A DNA stretch of 63,585 bases, filler included, from Octopus bimaculoides (GCF_001194135.2; 8 parts of 7 records of this genome joined end to end with filler, not necessarily neighbours in it), one strand, 5' to 3'. Shown: positions 37,799 to 51,879, counted from the whole stretch's first letter. The notes: generated by a model not told the origin, from the letters alone. Numbers and translations are program-made.

Positions 37799-40560
37799 GT
37801 AGAACTCCTCTAATTTGGACTTCCTCTAAACTTAGATTTTGTCATAACTTAAATTTTATTTGTATATTCGATGCAGAGTTGCAGTTTAAATAATCTTAGT
37901 CAGGTATTGTATTGAAATACTAATCTGGGTATTGTGTAATTGATGTAGATTAACTAATGCTAATTCCCACTGACTGCGTATTCTATTTCTTTTCAGACTA
38001 CCTAATTGTATTGAAAATAGTGTAAAGCAATCCCCATCATAATGGCATATAATTCTAAAAGAAAACATTACTCGAAAAACGGCAAATTCTAGAAAAATTA
38101 GATACAGGAATTGCAAATAATGATATATTGAAAGATTTTAAGATTGGAAGGCGCACACTGTTCTACAGCAAAAAGAACAGGGTGGAAATATTGAATGCTG
38201 CTCCTCTGTCTGAGAATAAAAGAAGACAAATCAAAAGAAGGACCATTTATGAACCAAAGGAATTTGAATTCGATAAAATATTACATGAATGTTTCGTATG
38301 TGTATTTTGTGTGCAAGATTCTTGATGTGGATACGTGTGTTGAAAGAAATACAATTAAATCTTGGAAGAGGCATTATGCCGGTAATAAACACACGCACTG
38401 GTTCAGTCCTTTATTAATTTATAAACAGTATATAGTTTTTTTTTTTTTTTTTGTTAAATCATTTCATTGCACTTTTGCAATCTCTTCAGTAACTTGTCTC
38501 TCTACTTCCATTTATTTTGAATGTATGATTTGGCGTTGTTTTGAAACTGTTCGGTATGAGCATGTGAGAGTGTGCAAGTTCGTATGTGTGCACGCTCATA
38601 TGTGTGCACGCACTTATGTGTTCGTGCTTATATGTAAGTATGTGCGTTGTAACAATTTCGTTTATATCAGATAAGATAGAGACTTTGGACTTGGTTTTGG
38701 TTTCCTTTCTGTTATTTTTTGTTTTTTTCGTAAATGCATCTTTTTTATTTACGTTCACGTTCTGTATTTTATGTGTGAACAACGTCTGCAACCATGGGTA
38801 ATTGTAAGGCTTTTATCTACGTGTATTTTTCTGTTCAAAATTGGTCGTGTTTCAGTTATGAGGACTGACTCTTGTATTTGCCGTAACGATGCGTGTCTAG
38901 ACAGGATTTCTATGTTAATTCGGTCCAGTACACCACCATGTTTTTCTTTGGCATGCTGGTATAGCACCGAGGTTTGTTTGTTATTCATATAGTCCCTCCA
39001 ATGTTCATTTACACGCTCAGCCAAACTTCTCGCCGTTTCACCTATGTATGTCGTGTTTCTGTTTTTACAATCACCATCCATACAGCTTATTTTGGAGACC
39101 ACATTTCTGGCTTTGCAGTTGATACCATGAATGGTTTTTATCGAAGCGAAATGAAGGTATAGCACTATCGGGACCAATGCTAATTGCAAAAGCAAAGTCT
39201 CTTAAGAAAGAGTTGAATATCACAAAGGATATGAAATTCAGCCAAGGCTGGTTTAGGAGTTTTAAGAGTAGACATGGCAATTTCAGGTGAACAACGTTCA
39301 GCTGACACGCTCTTAGCGTCAACTTATTGTGAAAAAGTTTTTTTTAAATAATTAGACGATGCTTTAACACCAGATAAAATTTCACTATGATGATGGGAAT
39401 TGTATAAATTGGAAGTGCTCACCCACAATTAGCTGAATCAGAGGAGCAGGAAATAAAAGGATTCAAATTAAATAAAGAGAGACTTACAGTGATGGTATCT
39501 GTTAGTGCTTCTGGAACTCACAAACTTAAGCTTTTTGTCATTGATAAATCTAAGTGTCCCCGAGCATTGAAAGGAGTTTCACCTTTACCTGTATCATATT
39601 ATTCTTCAAAAAATGAATGGATAAATCAACACTTGTTCACAGAATGGTTCATGCAACAATTTGTGCCAGCTGTACAAAAGCGCTCTCACGAATTAGGTAA
39701 AGCCGATTCAAAGTGTCTGCGGCTATTAAAGAATTATAGAGCACATCATCACGAGACAAAATTAGTGTCATCGTGCGAGAATGTTTTTGTGTGCTACTTA
39801 CCACTGAATGTAACATCTTTCATACAACCTACGGACTAAGGGATAATTTGGAAATTAAAATGTTTCAACGGAAATGATTTCATGATGAATATGATAAATA
39901 GCAATATTAATATAGGCGATTTCCAGCGCAATTTTACCATCAAAGGTGCCATTTTTCTCTCCCAAGTGCATGGAATCAGGTTCGAGCAGGCACATTAACA
40001 AAAGTGTGGAGAAAATTATACCCAGTTTCTAGTGCTCCTGAAGTGAAAGAAACAAAGAATGAATCTGGAGTACAAAATAGTCTTGAAACTACACGATTTC
40101 CAACCAAACACACTGTTCTTCAATTGCTTCATTCAAATGAATTTGAAATGTGGGTGCGACAAGATGAAGAAACCACTGAACAATGTCCTGAAGAAAATGA
40201 TGGTCATGAAATTAGCGACGGCGACAGCTTATTCGAGTGAGTCAAGTAAATGGCCAAGAACATTCTAATGAGGAAATATCATGGGATAATGCAGAAAAGT
40301 CTATGGGGATAGCGATAAAATTTCTAGAGAGAAGTCCTTGCTTTAGTGACAACTATGTTTTGCAAGCAATGTCACATCGAAATGATATGATCATAAAGAG
40401 ACTACAGCACCAGGAAATAGTGGAGTTTCGTGATAGCTTGAGGAATGCTATGGCAGCCCCCTTGAGTTCAACAAATAAAGACAGAAGCGAAAGTGAAGAA
40501 GTTCATTCACTGAATGAATAAACGTATTCCACATAGGTATTGATTGTTAAATGCAGATGA
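37797..40560 (+). mobile_element. Tigger/pogo (CENP-B HTH + DDE_1) transposon relic, interrupted
   Basis: Left TIR-like CAGTAGAACTCCTCTAATT; HTH region 38042-38291; ...LSGPML...FSQGWF..FKSRHG; KERLTVMV..SASGTHKLKLFVI.KSKCPR; LPLNVTSFIQPTD. Confidence 0.85.
38292..39125 (-). mobile_element. Penelope-like GIY-YIG endonuclease fragment nested in Tigger
   Basis: INCKARNVV..ISC..C...TTYIGETARSLAERVNEH...RQIQESVLI...PILN; flanked by the CATGAATG duplication (38284-38291, 39126-39133). Confidence 0.85.
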
Positions 40561-40612
40561 TTTATGTAATAAATACCTAACAACTAACATTATTTAATAT
40601 TAATTTATTTTC

Positions 40613-40762
40613 TTCCGCCGAGGTTGACTTTGCCTTTCATCCTTTCGGGATTGATTAAATAAGTACCAGTTATGAACTGGGGTCGATGTAATCGACTTAA
40701 TCCCTTTGTCTGTCCCTGTTTGTCCCCTCTATGTTTAGCCCCCTGTGGGCAATGAAGAAATA
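40613..40762 (+). mobile_element. 5'-truncated SINE family A with 17-bp TSD
   Basis: AATATTAATTTATTTTC at 40596-40612 and 40763-40779. Confidence 0.9.
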
Positions 40763-41649
40763 AATATTAATTTATTTTCATTTTTTTTTCCTAACAATTA
40801 TATTAATATATTTGTCTGCATGTGTTTACATTATGCGTATTTCAGCATTATGCACACCTGTCATGTGTTGGTGTACATCAATAATATATAAGGGTGTATC
40901 TGTGTATGTGTGTGAAAAGTTGAGTAACGTTTTCATGCTTGGATTTGTAAACTACGATAAAAATAACATTGGTCAACAAAGAATTTGTCAAAAGGAAAAG
41001 AATAGCTGTTTCTTATATGTTTTTGCATGCAGAATTCAAAAATAATGTCAAATTATCTCTATCACCCATAGTTTCTCAGTTCCACGATATCCTTCTCAGT
41101 TCCTGTTACGTGGGCTACATTTCAGTTAAGCTGTTGAAATGTGAAGCTAACAGTTTAAGAAATACTCCTAATTAACATTTTTAGTGAAATCGTAAATCCA
41201 GCTATCTGAGTCCCAAAAATATATCAAACGAAAAATATATAAAAATATTAACACACAGAAAAATACTAACATAAAGAAGCACAGAAAAATATGTTATATA
41301 CTAACACAGAAAAATTAAAGCAAAACACGCGGGTGAAAAGAACCTCATCGTGTGAAGAATCAAGTGTGAAAAATCGACACAGACAACAGCGGCATAGACA
41401 ACAGTGAACTACAATACAGCGTACAGTTGTCATGGTAACAAGCTGCTAATGCCAGGCTGTATGTTGATTGGCTAAAATTACCCAAATTTCCCAAATTTAA
41501 TTCCAAATAACATCAGATTCTTTAATTTACGAGATAAAGTAATTGGATGATCGTAATCAAAATTCAGAGTTGCATCGATACACCAAAATTGAAAGCAATC
41601 TGAGTAAAATTAACAGGAGCTCATTTTGCGAATGACAAAGTCTAGAGCC

Positions 41650-41808
41650 TCTTCTACTTGTTTAAGTCATTTGGCAGCGGTCATGCTGGAGCACCGCCTT
41701 TAGTTGAAAAAATGACACCCGGACTTATTCTTTGTAAGCCTAGTACTTATTCTATCGATCGCTTTGCCGAACAGCTAAGTTACGGAGACGAAAACACAGA
41801 CACACAAA
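41650..41808 (-). mobile_element. SINE family B 3' part (other copies about 48570-48726, 50570-50735, 56505-56590, 59342-59650, 59660-59905; head at 58260-58318)
   Basis: Shared AAGCCTAGTACTTATTCTATCG..TTGCCGAAC..CTAAGTTACGG motif in either orientation. Confidence 0.75.
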
Positions 41809-42429
41809 NNNNNNNNNNNNNNNNNNNNNNNNNNNNNNNNNNNNNNNNNNNNNNNNNNNNNNNNNNNNNNNNNNNNNNNNNNNNNNNNNNNNNNNNNNNN
41901 NNNNNNNNNNNNNNNNNNNNNNNNNNNNNNNNNNNNNNNNNNNNNNNNNNNNNNNNNNNNNNNNNNNNNNNNNNNNNNNNNNNNNNNNNNNNNNNNNNNN
42001 NNNNNNNNNNNNNNNNNNNNNNNNNNNNNNNNNNNNNNNNNNNNNNNNNNNNNNNNNNNNNNNNNNNNNNNNNNNNNNNNNNNNNNNNNNNNNNNNNNNN
42101 NNNNNNNNNNNNNNNNNNNNNNNNNNNNNNNNNNNNNNNNNNNNNNNNNNNNNNNNNNNNNNNNNNNNNNNNNNNNNNNNNNNNNNNNNNNNNNNNNNNN
42201 NNNNNNNNNNNNNNNNNNTTCATTAAAATTCGCCATTGGAGGCGTTACAGAGAGGGGACAAACAAGGACAGACAAACATAAGGGGGAAGAAGCTTAAACG
42301 TTTTTTAAAAAATTTACAAGTTACAAATAGATTAAAATATGATTGAAATTAATTTTAAAATTAATTTTAAAATATTACACAAGAAATCATTGCGCTTCGC
42401 AATGAGGTAGCTAGAAGGAAGGCAACCGA

Positions 42430-42823
42430 CCATCCTGGTAGAACCTTTGCTTCCCAAATTGACCTCACTTATTTGGTGCCAAATTCACTCAGCTTGCGCT
42501 CCACAGACTTCCATCTTTTCGTAAACATATCCCGTGACAGGCACTTTCTCTCCAGCCTGATCTTACTACTGAGGTGGTAACTAAATAAGTTAACCAACCC
42601 CTGGCCGGAGACAAAGGTACCTGTCACTAAACCTTTCACACGCGTCTTCCATACTGTTTCTTTCAGTATGGCTACTACGCAGAAAAAACAGGCCTTCCTT
42701 TCCCTGTTAAGGAAAGGAGGTGGTACAGTCTCGATGAGAGACTCAGCTGATAGCTGTACTCTTCCTATCACTGACAACAGTTGTTCTGCAAAGGCTATCA
42801 GTCCCGACAACTCCGAACAGCCC
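42430..42823 (-). mobile_element. Tx1/L1-like LINE ORF2 C-terminus
   Basis: ORF 42469..42810 ends KETVWKTRVKGL...LVNLFSYHLSSKIRLERKCLSRDMFTKRW, resembling Tx1 termini. Confidence 0.55.
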
Positions 42824-43389
42824 ANNNNNNNNNNNNNNNNNNNNNNNNNNNNNNNNNNNNNNNNNNNNTTAATTAATTAANNNNNNNNNNNNNNNNNNNN
42901 NNNNNNNNNNNNNNNNNNNNNNNNATTGCTAATCCCTGTATATTTATATATATATTTATATTTATATATACATATATATGTATATAGACATATACATATA
43001 TATGTGTGTGCGTGTGAGTGTGTGTGTGTGTATGTGAGTGTATATATCCGTGTCTATCTGTATGTCTGTGTGCTTCTGTTGGATTCTGTGTGTGCGCTCT
43101 TGTTAGCGGGCGTATGTGTGTACTTGTTCGTGTCTTTGTGTATGCGAGTGTGTGTTAGTACGTATGTGAGTGTGTGTGAATAAATATGTATTTATATAAA
43201 TTTATATATATAAATATATGTATATATACACATAAAAATACGTACATATGTGTAATATATATATANNNNNNNNNNATATATATATATATATACATACATA
43301 TGCATACATGTATATACATATATACAGATATACATATATGTATATATACACATAAAAATACGTACATATGTGTAATATATATATAAACA

Positions 43390-44340
43390 TTGTTATTTCT
43401 AAATCTTTCAACGAGATACATTCAGTAACAGTACTCTAGGTTTTTAAATACAATATCCAAACCATGTTTCAAGGTAATTCGCAGGTTTTGTGCCTGCAGA
43501 GCACGTTCACCCCTTATGGCTACCAAATATCATCATCGATATGTGTGTGTTCGTTATTGGATCTACGTGCAGAATTCCAAGGTACACGCAGGGTATATTT
43601 TAGAAGATTAATAAAGAAAACTAAGTGTAACTAGACGCGTTTCAGTTCGATCCTGCACTGCTCGCAAGTGGATTTGAAACGACGTAATAACACCAGATGC
43701 GAGGCCCCGCGCTTAAGATCCACGTCAGATGACATAAGATGTTTGATTTCATTTTCACTTCACCTGACGAGGCACTTTTGTACTGTGCATTGCATCTGGT
43801 ATAATTACATCGTAATGGGAAGATTAGGAATTTTGGTTACAGGTGTTCTGCATATGTTACAATGTGTTCACTGAGACGTATCTCGTCATATTGTGGGGAA
43901 GAGTTCTGTTGTCTTTGTATCTTACATCTACGTCATCTACGTCGAAGGGACATTCCTGTGGAACATGCATAGTTTTTATGCCATCGCGACCATCTTATGA
44001 CATAAATGACGTTTTCAAAGCGTGAGTGAAATTGGATTATATTTTGAAATTTTGCCGTTGTTCAAAATGGAAATCTGATCTTTCAAAACGTTGGGACATC
44101 TTCCGCAGTTACGCCGATCACATTGTTTTACTCCTGCGTCCTTTATTCGTGGGAATAATTTAGCATTCCTGGGGATCTTCTTTAATGTTTTTGGTTGTTT
44201 ATTGCTGTTAATGATCTTATGCGTACGTGCAATTTTAATGATCTTATGTGTAAGCAGAATTTCCTTCAATTTGGGGTTCTTATGAAGTAGAGAGATTTTG
44301 GACGATGATGTTAAATGCTCCATTGTTTCTGGCATTGTAT
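43390..44340 (-). mobile_element. Penelope-like element 3' part (Cys motif, GIY-YIG, hammerhead-like remnant)
   Basis: KQPKTLKKI...CDRRNCGRCP; ENVIYVIR...HKNY..STGMSLRRR; ...ACTGAAACGCGTCTAG at 43631-43670. Confidence 0.75.
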
Positions 44341-44349
44341 ATGGATTAA

Positions 44350-45680
44350 TAATCAGAAAGAACTAAACAGCGTACAAGCCACACGCAAACGTGGTTATAC
44401 AATAGGAGATAGCTACATCATGCCTAAAAATCATACATACGCTAGGAATAATTTCCACCCGCCACGTCCTTATACCAGGTATAACCACCCATGAACCAAA
44501 ATTATTGGCCTACCCTCAACGCGGGAACAATAGTAGCATCCCACAAACCAGAAACTTCAGGCAAAACTGCAAAACATTCAGGGGCTTTAACTCACTCCCA
44601 GGATTGAAGAAACACCAGACACCACACATAATGCCAACCAGACATCTGTACACACAAAACAACCCCATACAACCATATCTTCATTCAACCAAACCCAACC
44701 CCTACATTTACACAAACAACTCGTACCAATGCAACCGCAACCAAGCTTTTTTAGCCCCAGGCCAGAGAAAGCGGAACTCCTTTATAAGCAGGAGAAATCG
44801 AAGGTCATTAGCCTATCAAATAGATTTCTATAAACCACAAAGTGTGATATCCTATCACAAGGGTTAAAATGAACCCCAACTCCACACAGAGCTAACCAAA
44901 ATGAAGTTAAGGACTGGAAATTAAGGCTTACAGAAGCACTGGCCAAGTTTTATAGCGAATATGATTCACTAGTCAAAAGCAGAAGTGAGCACATCCCCCA
45001 CAAAAAAAGGAATAAAAATCTTGACGAATTCTGCAACCATATTGAAAACTTCCCCTACCACATTTTACACACACAAGAACTCATTTCAAACTTGGGCACC
45101 ACTCAATGGAAAGAACTACAGAATAATGAGAAAATAACAAATAAAGAAGCAGATAAAGGGAGTGTGGTGGTAGTAATGGACACATTATACTGCAAAAATC
45201 TAGTAGTACCCATGCTAAATCTAGTAGTATCCGGAATCGCCATGGGGATCAGGGCGGCTCTGGTTGTTGCTAACTTAACAATGGGCTATTTAGAAATAAC
45301 AATATATCAGGAGTCATTTTTAAAATTGTGAAGCCCCTCTCCCAATGCATAAAAGAAAATTTGGGAAAGATTTTTGGATGACTGCTTCATCCTCGGGAAT
45401 GATCACATAAAGAAACTCCTGGATTTCAACTGACTCCTTAATATCATTAACACCAACATACAATTCAAAATGGGACACAAGCAAGAGGACCTCCCGCACT
45501 TAGATATGCTGTTTAAAATAATAAAGAAAAGACTGACATAATTTACAAAGAAAAAATCGGACGTATTTTATAAAAACAGAAATGGACATATTTTACAAAC
45601 TACAGACGATAAACAATACTTATTATTTACCTCATGAGACACGAGACATATTAAACCAAATATTCCCTTCAATCTTGCAA
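44350..45680 (+). mobile_element. Penelope-like reverse transcriptase relic
   Basis: KEADKGSVVVVMD; SGIAMG..AALVVANLTMGYLE; WERFLDDCFIL; LPHLDM. Confidence 0.85.
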
Positions 45681-45683
45681 GAT

Positions 45684-45729
<46 letters not shown>

Positions 45730-45807
45730 CGCGTGTGTTTGTGTGTCTGTGTATGTGTATGTATGTATGTATGCATGCATGCATGCATGTATGTGTGTAT
45801 GTATGTA

Positions 45808-47038
45808 CAGAGGTTGGACAAAATAATGTAAACACCTTAATATTTCAAACAAATTTATTTCAATATGGGTCACGACCGCCTATGGCAGTAATTACAGATT
45901 GAATTCTACGAGGTATGGACTCGTACAAAGTTTGAATTGTTTCCAAATGAATTTTTGTCCGATCTTCAGCTAAACCAGTCTCTAGTTCTTGTAGTGATGA
46001 TGGTCGAGGATATCGACTCTGTTTTTCTACAATGCACCATAAATGCTCAATAATATTGAAATCTGAGTACTGTGGTGGCCAGATAAAATGTTCAACTTCA
46101 CTAGAATGTTCCTTGTTCCATTCAGTTACAAATTTTACTGTGTGAATTGGTGCATTATCATCCTGAAAGATTGCGTTTCCCTCTGGTAAAAGTCCCGCAA
46201 CCATAGGATGAATTTGATCAGATAAAATGCTTAAATTGTCTTGCCCATTAATTTTGCCATGAAGGGAAACTATTGGACCGGCGGATTTCCAAGATATAGC
46301 ACCCCCAGATCATCACAGATCCTGCTCCATGTGTAACAACTGGAAGAAGGCATTCTGAGCCAAATGCTTCTTTTGGCTGTCTCCACACGTATGGTCGGAA
46401 AGGTGAAGAATGACTCGTACGAGAAAATATTCTTCCAATGATCTATCGATCTGTCGTTGTTTACTCCACTTTAAACGATTTGCAACGTTGTTTTTCAGAG
46501 AAGCGGTTTTCTGATTGCAGCCTCCTATGAAATCAAGCTTTGTGCAGCTCCCAGCGAACAATGTCGAAACTGGGTTCTTGAAGTTGTCATTAAGCTCTGC
46601 AGTAGTTTTTGGAGCTGTACTTTTGTGATTATTTTTAACACTTCGTGTAAGATTCCCACGATCCCTATCTGAAAGTTGTGGTTTTCTTCCGGAGTTTTGT
46701 TTCGACGAGTAGGTTTTTCCCCTTTTCTCCAAGGCTGTCATTATTTTTCAGATAGTACACCAAACATTTTGATTGTTTTCGTTACGCTAGTGCCTGCCAT
46801 CCATTACCAATAATTTGACCCTGTTTGAAAGTCCGATTGATGTATCATTTTAATGAATTTTAATTACATTTTTCAGATGATATCTGAAGAGAAACAGAAA
46901 TTTTAGCAAAACAAATTAAGGAACACTAATAATAAATAAATAAAAACATAAAAATTAAGAATCATTTCACTGTTTTATAGATATTTCAAAATGTTGATAC
47001 TTTGATGCTAGGTGTTTCCGTTATTTTGATCAACCCTG
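45808..47038 (-). mobile_element. Full-length (1231 bp) Tc1-like transposon, transposase inactivated
   Basis: TIRs CAGAGGTTGGACAAAATAATGTAAACACC / rc CAGGGTTGATCAAAATAACGGAAACACC; TA at 45806-07 and 47039-40; ORF pieces SGRKPQLSDRD and FQDDNAPIHT..WPPQYSDFNIIEHLW. Confidence 0.93.
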
Positions 47039-49259
47039 TATGTATGTATGTATGTATGTATGTATGTATGTATGTATGTATGTATNNNNNNNNNNNNNNN
47101 NNNNNNNNNNNNNNNNNNNNNNNNNNNNNNNNNNNNNNNNTATATATATATATATATACATACGTATATATATATACATATATATATATATGTGTGTGTG
47201 TGTGTTTACAGTATATCATATGCATGTATAAGACAGTAGGTAAAGGATGGGGTAAACGAGAATATTAGAGATAAAATACATCATACAATTAAATAAAATG
47301 GAAACAAATGTTAATAACCTTTTTGCCATACAATTGTTATCGGCGATATTAATTTTGATACACAGTTCGATGAGAATGCTGTATATCTCTGCTACTGAAC
47401 TGCAATATCAAAAGATGATATTATTTTTTTATGTTTAATATATTTTTATTAAAATTGTTCTATTTTAGTTGAACAAACCTCCATTTATTTTGAAACCTTT
47501 TATCATCGGCCTACTGATTCACCCGAAATCGATCACGTGGTTAATATAAAATTCTGATTATGATTTCAAGTGAGCGCAGAGACAATACTTCCTTTTCGTT
47601 ACACATTTCTTTACAAAGGGTTCGATTTTGCCATTTTCTAACTCACACTTTCGATTCGAGTAAACAAGTCAATCGGTAAACTTACAAGTGCAATTTGTGC
47701 AACTGGTTTCCATTTCCAGCTGCAAAAGATTTAAATCAGTATCTCAATTCTCGGTGCCACACAGCGATTAATAAATTGGTATATTTAATCAAATAAGATT
47801 GATTAAACTTTATAGATTGGGATTGACATAACTGTAAAATTTTAATTTAACTTGTGATGGAAACAAATATGTTAGTTGAAAACGGGAGTGGTGAAATACA
47901 TTTTGAGCCCGAGGGTAATAGACCTGACACTATTTTATGTTTATAGTCTTTCGTATTTTATAGATTTTGATATATATTTTCATAGACGGTAAAATATCAT
48001 TTTGCAAAGCAAGCCAAAAAGTTCTGTTTTGCGCAGTAAGCAATAGCATAAGAAAAGTTACACATAGATTGTTTAAATTAGATGTAAAGTGTACGGTTCA
48101 TTGACTTTTTCATATTAAGCAAGTATATCTCGAAAAACATATCAACAAATGCTGTCATCTAGTAACTAATACTCATGAAAATGGATTTTAATATTTGTGA
48201 TTTTGTCTAATATCTAAATACATGTTTATCTGTCTGTGAATAATGCTGATGCCAGTTGAAACTAATGCTGTTTTCATAAAGAAAATATATCTTATCAAAA
48301 GCTGCTTACATAAGACAAATGAGAAAAATATATATAAAAAGACACCAAATATTTTATCAGACTTGCTCTTATGCCTACAACAAACAAATCTGTGGTTTAA
48401 AATGGATTTAGTACATGCATATGGTATACCATCAACACTTGATGTACTAAAAGTTGTTTATTTCACTGTGAGCACTATCTATCGTACTCAGCAATTTCAC
48501 TTATCCTACAAATTGTTTCTTATGAATTCATATGAAAAAAATCATTTACTCTTTTACATGTTTCAGTCTTTTACTACGACCACGCTGGAGTACATGTATT
48601 TTACTCGAACAAATCGACCGCAGGACTTATTTTAAAGCCTAGTACTTTTTCTATCAGTCTCTTTAGCTAAATCACTAAGTTATGGTGTCGTAAATATACC
48701 ATCACAGGCTGTCAAGTGGTGATGGGNNNNNNNNNNNNNNNNNNNNNNNNNNNNNNNNNNNNNNNNNNNNNNNNNNNNNNNNNNNNNNNNNNNNNNNNNN
48801 NNNNNNNNNNNNNNNNNNNNNNNNNNNNNNNNNNNNNNNNNNNNNNNNNNNNNNNNNNNNNNNNNNNNNNNNNNNNNNNNNNNNNNNNNNNNNNNNNNNN
48901 NNNNNNNNNNNNNNNNNNNNNNNNNNNNNNNNNNNNNNNNNNNNNNNNNNNNNNNNNNNNNNNNNNNNNNNNNNNNNNNNNNNNNNNNNNNNNNNNNNNN
49001 NNNNNNNNNNNNNNNNNNNNNNNNNNNNNNNNNNNNNNNNNNNNNNNNNNNNNNNNNNNNNNNNNNNNNNNNNNNNNNNNNNNNNNNNNNNNNNNNNNNN
49101 NNNNNNNNNNNNNNNNNNNNNNNNNNNNNNNNNNNNNNNNNNNNNNNNNNNNNNNNNNNNNNNNNNNNNNNNNNNNNNNNNNNNNNNNNNNNNNNNNNNN
49201 NNNNNNNNNNNNNNNNNNNNNNNNNNNNNNNNNNNNNNNNNNNNNNNNNNNNNNNNNNN

Positions 49260-49293
<34 letters not shown>

Positions 49294-50344
49294 GTGAGTA
49301 TATATATATGGATAAATTATTCATGAGGGTCCCGTAATAGTTCTCTTGTATATTCCAGGTTTCGGCTAACCGCGTCTGATGGTATTAACTCTCAATGAGC
49401 GCTTAGTATGATCCTTTCCACTGTAATTCTGTGCTGTGTATGTGTGTGTGTGTTTGTGTGTGCGCGTGTATGTGTATGTATGTAAGCATGTATGTATGTC
49501 TATNNNNNNNNNNNNNNNNTATATAAAGATTGTTGAAAAGTCTCCGCTGTTAAATGTGTCGCGAAAGGCCTGGTTGGAGGCACAAATGTACGAGGTCTTT
49601 TATAAGGGTTTCAAAAACTGAAGGAATCTGAGAGAGGGATATTTTCAATAAACTTATAATTAATTGATTCTCCTGTATTTTCCTTCATCCAAATCCATTA
49701 ACATTTCAGCATGCCCTCGTTTATGTGTGTTTGTGTGTTTGTGTGTGTGTGACTCTGTGTATGTTCATGCCACCGTGCGCTCAGTGCGTATGTATGTGCG
49801 TGTGTGTGTATGAATGTAGGTATGTATGTATGTATGTATATATGCATCATGTATGTATGCATGCATGTATGTATGTATCCGAATGTAGAAGTGGATGTGT
49901 TTGTTTGCGCGTACGTGAAAGTGGAAATAGATGTACTAGGTGATTCCAACTCTTGTTAGTATTCACTTTCAACTCCCTCTGCTACATGAATCTCAAAGGT
50001 TCTCTGTGAGCAATAAGCCTAGTACATAATGTGGAAAAAAGCTCCAGTATAACAGATAAACCTGAAGTATGTAGTTTTATTTCTTTCTACTTCGTATCTG
50101 TAACGAATATTTCTTCTCTCAGTAAACAATGCAATTATAAATTACATTCAAACCGTAGGAACATTCCAGCAGACAACTATTTCTCGCCTGCCTGATGACT
50201 CGTTTGGTACGATCACGTGCATTTCTAAATCACACCTATAATTTTTTATTTCCTTATAGGTCTTCTTTATCTCGTTGAAAAACGCTTCTAACACATTCGA
50301 AATAAAAGACCATCTTCAAAGTATGTTTTTACTTAGAGATAGAT

Positions 50345-50376
<32 letters not shown>

Positions 50377-51879
50377 ACACAATCACACACACACACACAC
50401 ACGCACATATATATATATGTATATATGCGTGTGTATGTATAGANNNNNNNNNNNNNNNNNNNNNNNNNNNNNNNNNNNNNNNNNNNNTTAATTAATTAAN
50501 NNNNNNNNNNNNNNNNNNNNNNNNNNNNNNNNNNNNNNNNNNNTATATAATATATGTATTTGTGTATGTATGTGTGTTTGTCCACCACGACCGCTACACA
50601 ACAGGTAGTCGTGTGTTTATGCCCCCGTAACTTACCGGTTCCGCAAAAAACTAGAAGTAGAATCGATTTATTCGACTGAAGTTCTCCAAGGCTGTGCTGA
50701 AGCATGACTGCAGTCCAAGTGAACGGTAGCCCTTGAAAAAAAAAAATTGGCTTATGTGAGATTGGAACCCAGAACATAACGAATTAGAATAAATAATAAC
50801 CGGGAAGTGTGTTCGAGATAACGACTCCGTCAATTCCCGGACTCCGATAATTTACTGCTAGCCTTGGTATTAATAACATTAACGTGACGGCCAATTTGTA
50901 TGTACTTTACTGAAACAAGGTAACAAAGACTGCAACAAAAGTAATGATAATAACAACAACACAGAACATTACATATATACTAAAATGCTGACAGACATAT
51001 ATATACATATATAGAGATGTATCGCTTTAGACTACACAATTACAACAAAAAGGTCGAATTCACGTAAACCTAGAGGCTTAACCGATCTCTGCATTTCTTT
51101 CTTTTTATGTGTTCTTTTTTTTTTCTGTTCAAAACTCATTCATTTTCAGATTAGCAACCATTATCGTCCTTCTCTTCTTCTTTCTTTTTTTTACTTCTGC
51201 TTTATTTGATTTTTGTCTGCTTTTTATTTGATAGTTACTTGTTTGTCATGTTTTAGTAATTTATTTTATATGTATAAATATATTTTATATTTGCGTTCCC
51301 CTTCAGTAAACACATCATCTCGTTATATGAAGTAAAAGCTAGACTCCGTGACATCACTGTAGTTTCCAATAATACGTTTGTTTATAGTAATCGGCATTAT
51401 CTTATCGCTATTCCATGACCTTTTCTCAGAAATCATTATACGACAACAAACCAAGTAAACAGTTATGACGTAGAAAGTAAGTTTCGGAACTGCTGCTGGC
51501 AAAACATGGAACTCACATGGTCGTTAAATAGCAACTAGTAACTAGTAACTGTTCAATTCTTTTCAACAGACGCAGGGCGAAAATCGATTACTAAATATGG
51601 CCGACATATCTTGCCAGTCCGAGGCGATGTGTTACTAAGTTAAGACATAGATGGTTAAATATCCTGATAGCAACATTGAGCTGGGGTTGCTGACATAACA
51701 TTCAACTTGCTAATGGTGGAACTATGTTCTCCCTTTAAGCTTTACACACTATACTGCAAGTTGGGACAATAATGTTGCTGATATTCAACAAATTGTAAGT
51801 GGAATGTTTAAAAAATACCTTTTAGTCTTTATGATTAATTAAATATATCTCAGTAAAATACATCTGTTCATGAAATATT

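Noticed and set aside
43186-43386. About 50-bp direct repeat across a 9-N gap; similar short duplications at 11941-12000 and 34581-34615
   Set aside because: Probably minisatellite slippage or contig-overlap artefacts.
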